Assembly (NCBI GenBank): GCA_016182875.1
Contig: JACPFQ010000003.1
Location: forward strand, 1-58,560
DNA length: 58,560 nucleotides
Direction of reading: 5' to 3'
DNA from: Candidatus Doudnabacteria bacterium
GTDB lineage: Bacteria > Patescibacteriota > Doudnabacteria > UBA920 > O2-02-FULL-48-8
Shown: in pieces, positions 44,502-52,621 of the stretch
Numbering within the stretch: position 1 is the stretch's first letter
Layout of the letters: each line of letters begins with the position of its first letter
Translations under genes and position numbers: made by a program
The notes under the pieces: generated by a model
Database searches by the model: none
The model's input: the letters and a program-made list of their open reading frames with translations, nothing else
Told to the model about the DNA's origin: nothing

Positions 44502-44581
44502 GTAAATCCTCCTGATGAACGTGAATAAACGAATTATAACACAAACGCCGACAACTATGGTATAATGGTCAAGCAAATTTC

Positions 44582-44626
44582 ATGCAAAGAACCTTAATCA
44601 AAGACACAATCAACCTAAGCAAATAG
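44582..44626 (+). pseudogene. Duplicate aspS 5' end, fragment 1
   Basis: Encodes MQRTLIKDTINLSK*, compared with the genuine AspRS N-terminus MQRTLTKDTINKTG at 45558. Confidence 0.6.
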
Positions 44627-44629
44627 CTT

Positions 44630-44735
44630 GTAGTTTAGAGTCTTACAGTAACGAAGCCGGTATAGTCTAAAGATGACGTCAGACGTCCAACCTAAACGAT
44701 ACTGGTTTCGTAACCTCTTAACCCTAAACTAAATA
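44630..44735. repeat. Roughly 100-bp imperfect palindrome between the two aspS 5' fragments
   Basis: TAGTTTAG (44631-38) pairs with CTAAACTA (44724-31). AGTAACGAAGCCGGTAT pairs with ATACTGGTTTCGTAACC, including G-U pairs. The centre contains GACGTCAGACGTC. Confidence 0.45.
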
Positions 44736-44749
44736 AGTTTACGAAAATA

Positions 44750-44868
44750 ATGCAGCGGACACTCATAAAAGACACAGTTAATAAAATTGGCCAAACCGTG
44801 CTTCTAAAAGGCTGGGTAAACATCAGGCGCGATTCATCCACAAGCTGATGTTCTCCAATTGCGCGCTT
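44750..44868 (+). pseudogene. Duplicate aspS 5' end, fragment 2 (frameshifted)
   Basis: Encodes MQRTLIKDTVNKIGQTVLLKGWVNIRRDSSTS*, compared with the genuine MQRTLTKDTINKTGGAVLLKGWVNVRRDHGKLIF. Nucleotide similarity continues to about 44868 with a 1-nt indel. Confidence 0.75.
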
Positions 44869-44893
44869 AAATAATTTGTTTTATCATATCTAT

Positions 44894-45145
44894 ATGAGAC
44901 AATCTACAATTACCAAAATTAAAAATGGCAAAATAACCCTGCCTAAGGACCTACAAAAAGAATGGAAAGAAGGCGAGGTGCTTTTCATGCGCTCATCAGG
45001 CGGCTTTCTCATCAAGTCCATTACTCCTCCTTCCCTGTCAGCTCTACGACCGAAACTAAAAAAATTAGGCAAACTTGTATCCAGCAAGGATATTGATGAC
45101 GCCGTCAGCTGGGCCCGACAAAAAACCTATGCTGGTCGTACTTGA
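44894..45145 (+). CDS. AbrB/MazE/SpoVT-fold antitoxin-like protein
   Basis: 83 aa from MRQSTITKIKNGKITLPKDLQKEWKEGEVLF, a swapped-hairpin-like motif. Overlaps the PIN gene by 17 nt. Confidence 0.65.
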   Translation: MRQSTITKIKNGKITLPKDLQKEWKEGEVLFMRSSGGFLIKSITPPSLSALRPKLKKLGKLVSSKDIDDAVSWARQKTYAGRT

Positions 45146-45542
45146 TACTAACGTTTTGATATCAGCGCTGCTTTATAAGAAACGTCTGGGTAAAATAGGT
45201 GATTTGATTGAACAAGGGAGCTTGACTCCCTGTTTTATTGCGTCAACCTGGAGAGAACTAGAGAGTGTCCTTCGTTACCCCAAGTTTCAGCCCAAAATAA
45301 AATCGCTAAATACAACGCCTGAAGAAATCGCTCAATCACTCAGTTTGCAAAGCGCGATATTTCCCGACCCTAACAATGTTCCCAAGTTAGTCACACATTC
45401 TGGCGACAATTTTATCCTTGCTACAACTATTGCCGCAAAAGCTTCTTATATCATTACTGGCGACAAAGAGTTGCTTGCCCTTAAAAAATTTAAAAACACG
45501 TCTATTATTTCTCCAGTTCAATTCACCCAGATTGTGTTATAA
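45129..45542 (+). CDS. PIN-domain toxin-like ribonuclease
   Basis: 137 aa. MLVVLDTNVLISAL (first acidic residue) and a later ITGDKELL motif. Typical PIN toxin of a type II TA pair. Confidence 0.8.
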   Translation: MLVVLDTNVLISALLYKKRLGKIGDLIEQGSLTPCFIASTWRELESVLRYPKFQPKIKSLNTTPEEIAQSLSLQSAIFPDPNNVPKLVTHSGDNFILATTIAAKASYIITGDKELLALKKFKNTSIISPVQFTQIVL

Positions 45543-45557
45543 TATCTATACTTTTCT

Positions 45558-46988
45558 ATGCAACGAACCCTAACCAAAGATACTATCAACAAAACCGGCG
45601 GCGCTGTCCTTTTGAAAGGCTGGGTAAACGTGCGCCGCGACCACGGCAAGCTGATTTTTTTGGATTTGCGCGACATGAGCGGACTGGTGCAGTTGGTCGT
45701 GAACCCAAAAGTCTCAAACGAAGCGCATAAGAACGCTTCCGAAGTCCGGAATGAATACGTACTCGAAGTTGAAGGCTTGGTTAAACAGCGCGACGCCAAG
45801 CTTATAAATCCGAACATCGAAACCGGCAAAATTGAGATCGAGGTCACAAAGCTAAATGTGATAAGCAGGTCCAAAGCATTGCCGTTTGATATCACTTCCG
45901 ATACGACAAACGTTTCGGAAGAAGTACGGCTCAAATACCGGTATCTTGATCTACGCAACGAGCGAATGAAAAAAAATCTCAGACTGCGCCACAAGGTGAT
46001 TCACTTTATCCGCAACTATCTCACGGATCAAGGATTTACCGAAGTCCAAACGCCGATACTCACCAAATCAACGCCGGAAGGAGCCCGCGATTATTTGGTG
46101 CCGTCCAGGATTTATCCGGGCAAATTCTTCGCATTGCCCCAGTCGCCTCAGCAATACAAGCAGCTGTTGATGGTGGCCGGCTTGGAAAAATATTTTCAGA
46201 TAGCACCCTGCTTTCGCGATGAAGACGCCAGAGCCGACCGGAGTCCCGGTGAATTTTACCAGCTTGACCTTGAAATGTCTTTTGTTACCCAAAACGACAT
46301 TTTAGAATTAACTGAAGACCTATATACCAAACTCGTCGAAGCCATTACACCAGAAAAACGAATTACTCAAAAACCCTGGCCCCGAATAAGCTATAAGCAA
46401 GCGAAAGAAAAATACGGTAACGATAAACCTGACCTACGCAAGGACAAAGACGATCCCAACGAATTAGCTTTTTGCTGGGTACTCGACTTTCCGCTTTTTA
46501 CCGAGCAGACCGAGGAAGACTTTTTCCACGGCTCAGGTGAAAGCAAGTGGGCTCCTTCGCATCATATGTTTACATCTCCGCATCCCGATGATCTAGCGCT
46601 TCTTGACAAGGATCCCGGCAAAGTCCGCGGCCTTCAGCATGACTTGGTCCTAAATGGCGTGGAAATCGGCGGCGGCAGCATTCGGATTCATGACCCCCAA
46701 ATTCAGGAAAAAATATTCGATCTAATCGGATTCACGGACGAGCAAAAAAATCAGTTCGCCCACATGCTGGAAGCGTTTGCTTACGGCGTTCCGCCCCACG
46801 GCGGCATCGCGCCGGGCATTGACCGCTTCGTCCGAATTTTGGCCGGTGAGGATAAAATCGCGGAAGTCATCGCCTTTCCCCTTTCCGGCGCTGTGCGGGA
46901 TCCCTTAATGGGGTCGCCATCCGAAGTCTCGCCCAAACAGCTCAAGGAATTGCATCTTAAAGTGGATTTGCCAAAAGAGAAAAAATAG
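45558..46988 (+). CDS. aspS: Aspartate--tRNA ligase lacking the bacterial GAD insertion domain
   Basis: 476 aa. OB-fold N-terminus, motif 2 FRDEDARADRSPGEFYQLDLEMSF, motif 3 GGIAPGIDR. DKPDLRKDKDDPNELAFCWVLDFPLF joins directly where E. coli AspRS has an insertion of about 130 aa. Confidence 0.95.
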   Translation: MQRTLTKDTINKTGGAVLLKGWVNVRRDHGKLIFLDLRDMSGLVQLVVNPKVSNEAHKNASEVRNEYVLEVEGLVKQRDAKLINPNIETGKIEIEVTKLNVISRSKALPFDITSDTTNVSEEVRLKYRYLDLRNERMKKNLRLRHKVIHFIRNYLTDQGFTEVQTPILTKSTPEGARDYLVPSRIYPGKFFALPQSPQQYKQLLMVAGLEKYFQIAPCFRDEDARADRSPGEFYQLDLEMSFVTQNDILELTEDLYTKLVEAITPEKRITQKPWPRISYKQAKEKYGNDKPDLRKDKDDPNELAFCWVLDFPLFTEQTEEDFFHGSGESKWAPSHHMFTSPHPDDLALLDKDPGKVRGLQHDLVLNGVEIGGGSIRIHDPQIQEKIFDLIGFTDEQKNQFAHMLEAFAYGVPPHGGIAPGIDRFVRILAGEDKIAEVIAFPLSGAVRDPLMGSPSEVSPKQLKELHLKVDLPKEKK

Positions 46989-47055
46989 TAACGCAACCCT
47001 GAACTTGATTCAGGGTCTCAAGATGAGATCCTGACTTTCGTCAGGATTGCGAGAT
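46989..47055. repeat. Two short hairpin repeats downstream of aspS
   Basis: ACCCTGAACTTGATTCAGGGT and ATCCTGACTTTCGTCAGGAT. Confidence 0.6.
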
Positions 47056-47060
47056 ATATT

Positions 47061-47525
47061 ATGCCAATATCTAAATCTCTCGAAAAACTATTAAAGCAAA
47101 ACAAAGTCAAATACGAACTAGCGCAACACCGCAAGGTCTTCACGGCTTTTGATGCGGCCGAAACCCAGCATATCAAGGAGTCGGAAGTCGCCAAGGCCGT
47201 CTTGCTTAAGGGAAAGAAAAATCTTTATTTGGCCGTGCTCCCTGCGGGAAACAACTGCGATTTTAAAGCCTTGTCAAAACTCGCCGGAGACAAGGTTTCA
47301 ATGGCAAAAGAAAAGGATATTAATACAAAGCTCAAGACAAAAATTGGTCTGATTGCGCCGTTTGGGTCGTTGTTTAAAATCCCTGTATTCCTCGATACAA
47401 AACTTTTAAAAAACAAGAAGCTCAATCTGCCGGCGGGCTCTTATACGGAATCAGTCGTATTGGCGACGAAGGATTATCTTAAATTAGAAAATCCGGTTTT
47501 AGGTAACTTTAGCATTAAGAAATAA
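47061..47525 (+). CDS. YbaK/EbsC-type aminoacyl-tRNA editing (deacylase) domain protein
   Basis: 154 aa. AKAVLLKGKK.LYLAVLPAGNNCDFKAL...GLIAPFG pattern. Context is next to aspS. Confidence 0.75.
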   Translation: MPISKSLEKLLKQNKVKYELAQHRKVFTAFDAAETQHIKESEVAKAVLLKGKKNLYLAVLPAGNNCDFKALSKLAGDKVSMAKEKDINTKLKTKIGLIAPFGSLFKIPVFLDTKLLKNKKLNLPAGSYTESVVLATKDYLKLENPVLGNFSIKK

Positions 47526-47612
47526 CTCCCCCGCAAAGCCCGACGCAATTTCACCCCCTCTTAAATTAAGAGAGGGTGTCAAAGCCCAATCCAAAGCGGG
47601 GGCGTTATAACA
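47526..47612. repeat. Nested palindromic repeat
   Basis: Outer CCCCCGC...GCGGGGG arms enclose CACCCCCTCTTAAATTAAGAGAGGGTG (47552-47578), which is the same module as 10019-10045. Confidence 0.65.
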
Positions 47613-47614
47613 CA

Positions 47615-48337
47615 ATGAAAGTCAAAATTGATCAATTCGAAGGTCCGCTGGATCTTCTTTTGCAGCTGATTGAAAACCAGGAATTGGACATCACCACGGT
47701 TTCGCTGGCGAAGGTCACGGAGCAATTCTTGGCTTACGTGCGCAGCTTGCCCGCCGAAGCCTCTGGCGAAGGCGGGGAAAAAAACCCGACGCATTTGGCG
47801 GACTTTTTGGTCATCGCGGCCAAGCTTTTGGTAATCAAGTCCAAAGCCTTGCTGCCCAATTTGGATTTGGGCGCGGAAGATGAGGAAACTGCCTTTGATC
47901 TCACCGCCCAGCTGCTGCTTTACAAAAAATTCAAAGAGGCGGCTCTGTTTTTAAAAAAACTGGATTCAAAAAGAAGACAATCTTGGATTCGGCAGTTCGA
48001 TATTCAAAACCTGGTGGTTTTCTTGCCTGACCCCGGCTTGACTGCCCAAACTCTCGGAAGCCACCTCAAGGTTCTGGCCGAGGAACTCAAAGAAATCATC
48101 AGGCATCCTCAGGACGTCATAAAAGAAGTCGTTTCGATAAGCGAAAAAATCTCGCACATACAGAAATTAATTTCCGAAAAACTGGAAACTTCCCTGGCGG
48201 CTCTAATCAAGGATTCCAAAAGCAAGACCGAAGTCATCGTCACATTCTTGGCTTTATTGGAATTAATCAAACAGCGGGTCCTGACAGTTGAGCAGAATGA
48301 GATGTTCGGAGATGTTATGATTAAGAAAACTGGCTAA
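47615..48337 (+). CDS. scpA: Segregation and condensation protein A
   Basis: MKVKIDQFEGPLDLLLQLIENQELDITTVSLAKVTEQFLAY. Followed by scpB. Confidence 0.85.
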   Translation: MKVKIDQFEGPLDLLLQLIENQELDITTVSLAKVTEQFLAYVRSLPAEASGEGGEKNPTHLADFLVIAAKLLVIKSKALLPNLDLGAEDEETAFDLTAQLLLYKKFKEAALFLKKLDSKRRQSWIRQFDIQNLVVFLPDPGLTAQTLGSHLKVLAEELKEIIRHPQDVIKEVVSISEKISHIQKLISEKLETSLAALIKDSKSKTEVIVTFLALLELIKQRVLTVEQNEMFGDVMIKKTG

Positions 48338-48354
48338 GATTATTTAAAGCCTTA

Positions 48355-48470
48355 GGATCCTCCCCCTTGGAACAAGGGGGAGTTAGAGGGGGTTAGAGGC
48401 AAAGGTTCTTTGTGATCTAACTCCCCCTACCCCCTCTTATTCTAAGAGGGGGTAGCTACAGCCGAATGCT
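48355..48470. repeat. Roughly 125-bp MITE-like composite palindromic element (copy B, forward orientation)
   Basis: TCCCCCTTGGAACAAGGGGGA and CCCCCTCTTATTCTAAGAGGGGG hairpins. Aligns with the reverse complement of 42803-42930. Confidence 0.8.
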
Positions 48471-48484
48471 ACAAAGCTATCCCC

Positions 48485-49021
48485 ATGGACCCTAATAAAC
48501 TTAAATCTCAAATTCTCTCCGTCCTATTCGCGGCTTCCAAGCCCGTAACCCTCAAAGAACTTTGCGATGTTTTGGAAGTTTCTGAAGAAGAAATAAAAAA
48601 CGCCGTAGCTTCGATTACGGCGCAAAACCAAGGCTCCGGCATCGTGCTTCTGGCTCACAACAACAAGCTGCAGCTGGCCACCAATCCGGACAACAGCACC
48701 GTGGTCAAGCAATTTTTGTCGCTGGAGCTCCGGGAAAAATTAACGGACGCGGCCTTGGAAACTTTGGCCGTTATCGCCTACCGCCAGCCGATTTCGCGGG
48801 CGGAAGTAGAGAACATCCGAGGGGTCAATTCACAGTACACTTTGCGGCAGCTGCTGATCCGCGGCCTAATAGAAAAAGTCGGCTCCACTGCCGACCGCCG
48901 GGTCCAGCTTTATAGGACGACTTTGGAATTTATGCAGCACTTAGGGCTTAAGGATATGAAAGACCTGCCCGACTTTGAAGAGTTGACCAAAAACATCCAG
49001 CTCCCAAGCGCCTCTTTGTAG
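48485..49021 (+). CDS. scpB: Segregation and condensation protein B
   Basis: 178 aa. LETLAVIAYRQPISRAEVENIRGVNSQYTLRQLLIRGLI. Confidence 0.85.
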   Translation: MDPNKLKSQILSVLFAASKPVTLKELCDVLEVSEEEIKNAVASITAQNQGSGIVLLAHNNKLQLATNPDNSTVVKQFLSLELREKLTDAALETLAVIAYRQPISRAEVENIRGVNSQYTLRQLLIRGLIEKVGSTADRRVQLYRTTLEFMQHLGLKDMKDLPDFEELTKNIQLPSASL

Positions 49022-49081
49022 CGAAGCAAGGACCTGAGCTTGATCCTTGGTCTTTTGGATTTTTTCTTATTCCCAATCATG

Positions 49082-50314
49082 TTAAACCTGTCCAACGCGG
49101 TTCTTCTCAAGATACAAAACCTTGTTGAGTATCAGCGCGACCTTCAGCTCCATGGCGTCGTTGAATTTCCGCGGATCCAAGCCGGTCACTTTTCTAATTT
49201 TGTCCAGGCGGTAAAGCAGCGTGTTGCGGTGGATCTTCAGCTCTTTGGCCGTCTGCGTCAGGCTCATATTCTTGTCAAAAAATATTTCCAGGGTTTCCAG
49301 CAGATACTCTTCGGCCAACAGTTTCATCAACAGCCTTCGCACGAAATTGTCCTGCCATTTCTTGTTCCCTCCGGCAAGGGTGGCGATCATGCCTAAATCG
49401 TCGATGTGGTACATGCTCCTAATGTCCCCCATGGAGATGCCGAGGTTCAAAGCCCGGCGGGCTTCCTCATAGGCCAAAATCGAGCCGTCCTTGCCGCGGT
49501 AAAAGCTACCCACGCCGATTAGTATTCTTTCGTAAGGTATGCCCTCGAACTGCTGAGACATGAGGTTATAAAATTCCTGAGATTTGCTTCTAATTTGAGC
49601 AACCATCTCTTTGCCGTCCATGCTGTAAAGCTCGTCAACCAAAGCTACGAAGGTGTCTGAGCCGAAGTACGAAACCGCACAGCCAGAGAGCCGGCCAAAA
49701 AACTGGCTGGCAGCCTGATAAATCTTCTTTTTGTAATTCGACAGCGCCATTTGTTTTTCATCCTCCGAGGCGGTGACGTTTTCTCCAAACAGCTTCTGCC
49801 AAAACCCCACGACGTTGATGATGAAAACGATTTTATCCCGGTTCAGGTTTACGTCGAAGAGCTCGGCTTCTTCTCTTATTTTAGAGTCCTCCACCGCCAA
49901 CCTTCTGTGGAGCAGGCCAAACATAAAATTATCTTTGATTTTGTCCTTATAAGGAAAACTGTCGACAACCAGGTTTTGCTGAATCAAAAGTTCAATCGTT
50001 GTTCCGATTATCTGGCGGTAATGACTATACTCTTCCGGCTTGTCCTCAATAAACAGCGCCCCGATAACCTCATTGTTATAGTTGACAGGTACGATTAAAC
50101 CCGTGCCCAGAGTTGTTTTGGTCGCCTGCCCCTCAATTTCAAGCTCTTTCTTGGCGTAAATGACTTTTTTAAACTGCTCGTAATTTTTGCCGGTTTCGGA
50201 AAGCTCGGTTGAGGCCAGCACCTCTCCCTCGGTGTCGGCAACAGTAATTTTCTTCTTGAGCAGGGTGGAAAGCTTATTTACTATATTTTCCGCTATGAGC
50301 TCAGTTATTTCCAT
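49082..50314 (-). CDS. CdaR/PucR-family transcriptional regulator
   Basis: 410 aa. C-terminal PucR-type HTH LTQTAKELKIHRNTLLYRLDKIRKVTGLDPRKFNDAMEL. Confidence 0.75.
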   Translation of the reverse strand: MEITELIAENIVNKLSTLLKKKITVADTEGEVLASTELSETGKNYEQFKKVIYAKKELEIEGQATKTTLGTGLIVPVNYNNEVIGALFIEDKPEEYSHYRQIIGTTIELLIQQNLVVDSFPYKDKIKDNFMFGLLHRRLAVEDSKIREEAELFDVNLNRDKIVFIINVVGFWQKLFGENVTASEDEKQMALSNYKKKIYQAASQFFGRLSGCAVSYFGSDTFVALVDELYSMDGKEMVAQIRSKSQEFYNLMSQQFEGIPYERILIGVGSFYRGKDGSILAYEEARRALNLGISMGDIRSMYHIDDLGMIATLAGGNKKWQDNFVRRLLMKLLAEEYLLETLEIFFDKNMSLTQTAKELKIHRNTLLYRLDKIRKVTGLDPRKFNDAMELKVALILNKVLYLEKNRVGQV

Positions 50315-50360
50315 AAATTTTGTGTCATTTAATTAATGCTATGGTTTGAATATATACCTA

Positions 50361-50425
50361 TTGCACAAAAAATCAAGTCAATTTTTGGTGATTTAAAGCA
50401 TTTTTTGTACATTTTGCACAAAAAA
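50361..50425. promoter_or_regulatory. Three TTGCACAAAAAA-type half sites upstream of the CdaR-like gene
   Basis: TTGCACAAAAAA at 50361-50372, inverted TTTTTTGTACAT at 50401-50412, and TTGCACAAAAAA at 50414-50425. Confidence 0.3.
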
Positions 50426-50519
50426 CCTCACAATATAAGCAAATTCTTTGTAATATTCAAAAATTATCTACAATTGCTTCGGCTTTTTCAACGATAATAA
50501 AGTAAAAAGTTACCCGGAA

Positions 50520-50737
50520 TTTAAGTATTTAACCGCGAGGCGCAGTTGCAAAACTAGCCTTCGCAGGCCGGCTCATCCGGCCGAGAACGCAGGGGCGACG
50601 GGTGGCGTGGTTTTTGGGGACCCCGACAGCGCGCAACGATAGTGAGCACTGGCGGGGTAAAAACCACGGCAGGACCCGTCGCCTGCCCCGACGTAACGTC
50701 GGGGACAGCCGGTAGTTTTGTCCAACTGCGCCGAGCG
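50520..50737. repeat. Roughly 215-bp GC-rich nested palindrome (MITE-like or structured RNA), related to 6841-7040
   Basis: Outer arms GGCGCAGTTGCAAAACTAGCC and GGTAGTTTTGTCCAACTGCGCC. Inner arms GGCGACGGGTGGCGTGGTTTTT and AAAAACCACGGCAGGACCCGTCGCC. Local hairpins CGGCTCATCCGGCCG and CCCCGACGTAACGTCGGGG. Confidence 0.75.
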
Positions 50738-51733
50738 CTAATTTTGAGTCAATAAGCTTTTCGCCTCCTCCCACATGCCCCAGTCATTGTGCTTGTGCGC
50801 CAGCCAGTACCACCATTCCACTCCCCAGAGATAATTTTCTTCAAATCCCACTTTTTTGGCGTAAGTGATGTTTCGTTCAAACACCTTCGGGTTCATAAGC
50901 GACAATTGGTCGGAAAGAGCGGTTTTTTCTATCCCTTCCCTAAACCAGGGCTCGGCCTGCAGTTCCACTCCAATAACCTTTTCGATTCCCGTGAACTTTT
51001 TAAGCCAACCGGCCCGAATGCGGTAGAAAAAAGACGGCAACGGGTATTGGTAATATCCCAGTCGCGGCTGATAAACCGTGCGGTACATCGTGGACCCGAA
51101 CATGTCGGCTCCCAGCTTGGCCGTGGCAACCCAAGCTCCTTTCTCGCCGCTGTCGGTCAGAAGCACAGGCCGTGCGTCCAAGCCCTTTACCGCTTCGATT
51201 TCCCTGCGCACAAGTTCTTCGCCCAACTTCGGGCACTCATATCCGAATTCGAACAACGGCTCGTTTTCCACCTGCCAAACTTTGATGGCGGAGAATTGTC
51301 TGAAATGTCCCACAGCCCGTTCTATCATCCGAACTTGGGCGTTCTCTTTTTCAGTTTCAGAATCCAACTCTCTCACCCATTTTGGTTCATGGCACTCTGG
51401 CCAACGCGGCTGTTTGCGGCCCACGACCAAAATCACGTCAATCCCCTGCTTTCCCGCCTCAATCAGCATTTCATCCATGATCTGGAAATCAAATTTGTCC
51501 TTCATGGGTTCAATCATGTCCCAATACGCCATCAACCGAATCTTTTTGGGCTTAAGGTCATTGAGCACATCGAGATAAAGCGTCTTCCAGTCAAATCCGA
51601 GGTACTGCGCATGCGGGACTGAAAAATTTAAGCCAAACTGCACTAAATCCTTCGGTTCGAACTGGAAATAGAAATAAGACAAAATCGAAACGACGACAAT
51701 AACGATAACTATGACAGCTTTAGTAGTTTTCAT
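50738..51733 (-). CDS. Membrane-anchored TIM-barrel glycoside hydrolase-like protein (clan GH-A-like)
   Basis: 331 aa. N-terminal TM. VWQVENEP acid/base-type motif. The family is not resolved by eye. Confidence 0.55.
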   Translation of the reverse strand: MKTTKAVIVIVIVVVSILSYFYFQFEPKDLVQFGLNFSVPHAQYLGFDWKTLYLDVLNDLKPKKIRLMAYWDMIEPMKDKFDFQIMDEMLIEAGKQGIDVILVVGRKQPRWPECHEPKWVRELDSETEKENAQVRMIERAVGHFRQFSAIKVWQVENEPLFEFGYECPKLGEELVRREIEAVKGLDARPVLLTDSGEKGAWVATAKLGADMFGSTMYRTVYQPRLGYYQYPLPSFFYRIRAGWLKKFTGIEKVIGVELQAEPWFREGIEKTALSDQLSLMNPKVFERNITYAKKVGFEENYLWGVEWWYWLAHKHNDWGMWEEAKSLLTQN

Positions 51734-52620
51734 AAAGTTAGCAGGACCAGCCCAACGGTGACCAAGACGATGGCCGCGATTTTTTGGGACAAAATGGCGG
51801 CAGAAATATTTTCCCTTAAGACCTTGGGAAATCGGAGGGATAGAAAAGACGTCAACACCAAAAGGAATATAAATTGCGTCCCCTGCAAAGCATTCACAAT
51901 CGTAACACTGCCGATGGAAACTGCAAAGTTCTGCAAGAATCCCCCAACGGTCCCCAAGAAGCGGGAAGAATAATAAATCGCGACATTCTTAGTCTTGGCC
52001 TCTTTCGGAGCCTGAAAAATGTACCTGCGGTTTTGAGGAGAAGCTAAGAATGCCATGGCAGTAACAAAAAATCCGAGCCTGGTCCAAACCATGCCCGAAA
52101 CGTAATTGCTGACATCAAAAATATACTTGCTGAATGCCGCCGACAAAGCGAACAGGAGCGACGAAAGCACAACATACTTCAAGGCCACCGGATGCCACTG
52201 GCCAGACTCCTTTTTGAAAGAAATCAAGACTGCTCCGCAGACCAAAAAAACAAAAGCGATGTATTGTATCGCATCCAACCGCTCTCCCAATAAAACAAGA
52301 GCTAAGAACAGGGTGAAGAGCGGGGTCAGCCCGCCTTGTATGGGCAGGATTCTTGAGACCGTGGTTTTTTGAACCGCTACAAAATAATAATAAATCGCCA
52401 GCACCAGGCAAACGCCCGATATGATAGCTATGAAAAAGTCAGGAAGACTCAACGATTTAAGTCCAAACGGGGCCAACAGCAGGGAAAACGGGCCGGTAAT
52501 GCCGATATAAAACGCGTAGGCTACCGGATGCCGTACAACCTTGCTGACCAAAAACTTGTCAATCACGGCGCTTATCGCAAACAGCAGGTAGGCCGAGATT
52601 GCAAAATAAATCCAAGCCAT
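51730..52620 (-). CDS. EamA/DMT-family transporter
   Basis: 296 aa with 10 TM segments in a two-repeat EamA-like architecture. Confidence 0.8.
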   Translation of the reverse strand: MAWIYFAISAYLLFAISAVIDKFLVSKVVRHPVAYAFYIGITGPFSLLLAPFGLKSLSLPDFFIAIISGVCLVLAIYYYFVAVQKTTVSRILPIQGGLTPLFTLFLALVLLGERLDAIQYIAFVFLVCGAVLISFKKESGQWHPVALKYVVLSSLLFALSAAFSKYIFDVSNYVSGMVWTRLGFFVTAMAFLASPQNRRYIFQAPKEAKTKNVAIYYSSRFLGTVGGFLQNFAVSIGSVTIVNALQGTQFIFLLVLTSFLSLRFPKVLRENISAAILSQKIAAIVLVTVGLVLLTL

Positions 52621-52621
52621 G

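Noticed and set aside
44500-44900. Replication origin at the divergent strand switch near 44.5 kb (one DnaA-box-like TCATCCACA at about 44843).
   Set aside because: There is only a single near-match box and no dnaA or dnaN. The plus-strand block is only about 4.5 kb long before the orientation flips back. The region is better explained as integration scars.
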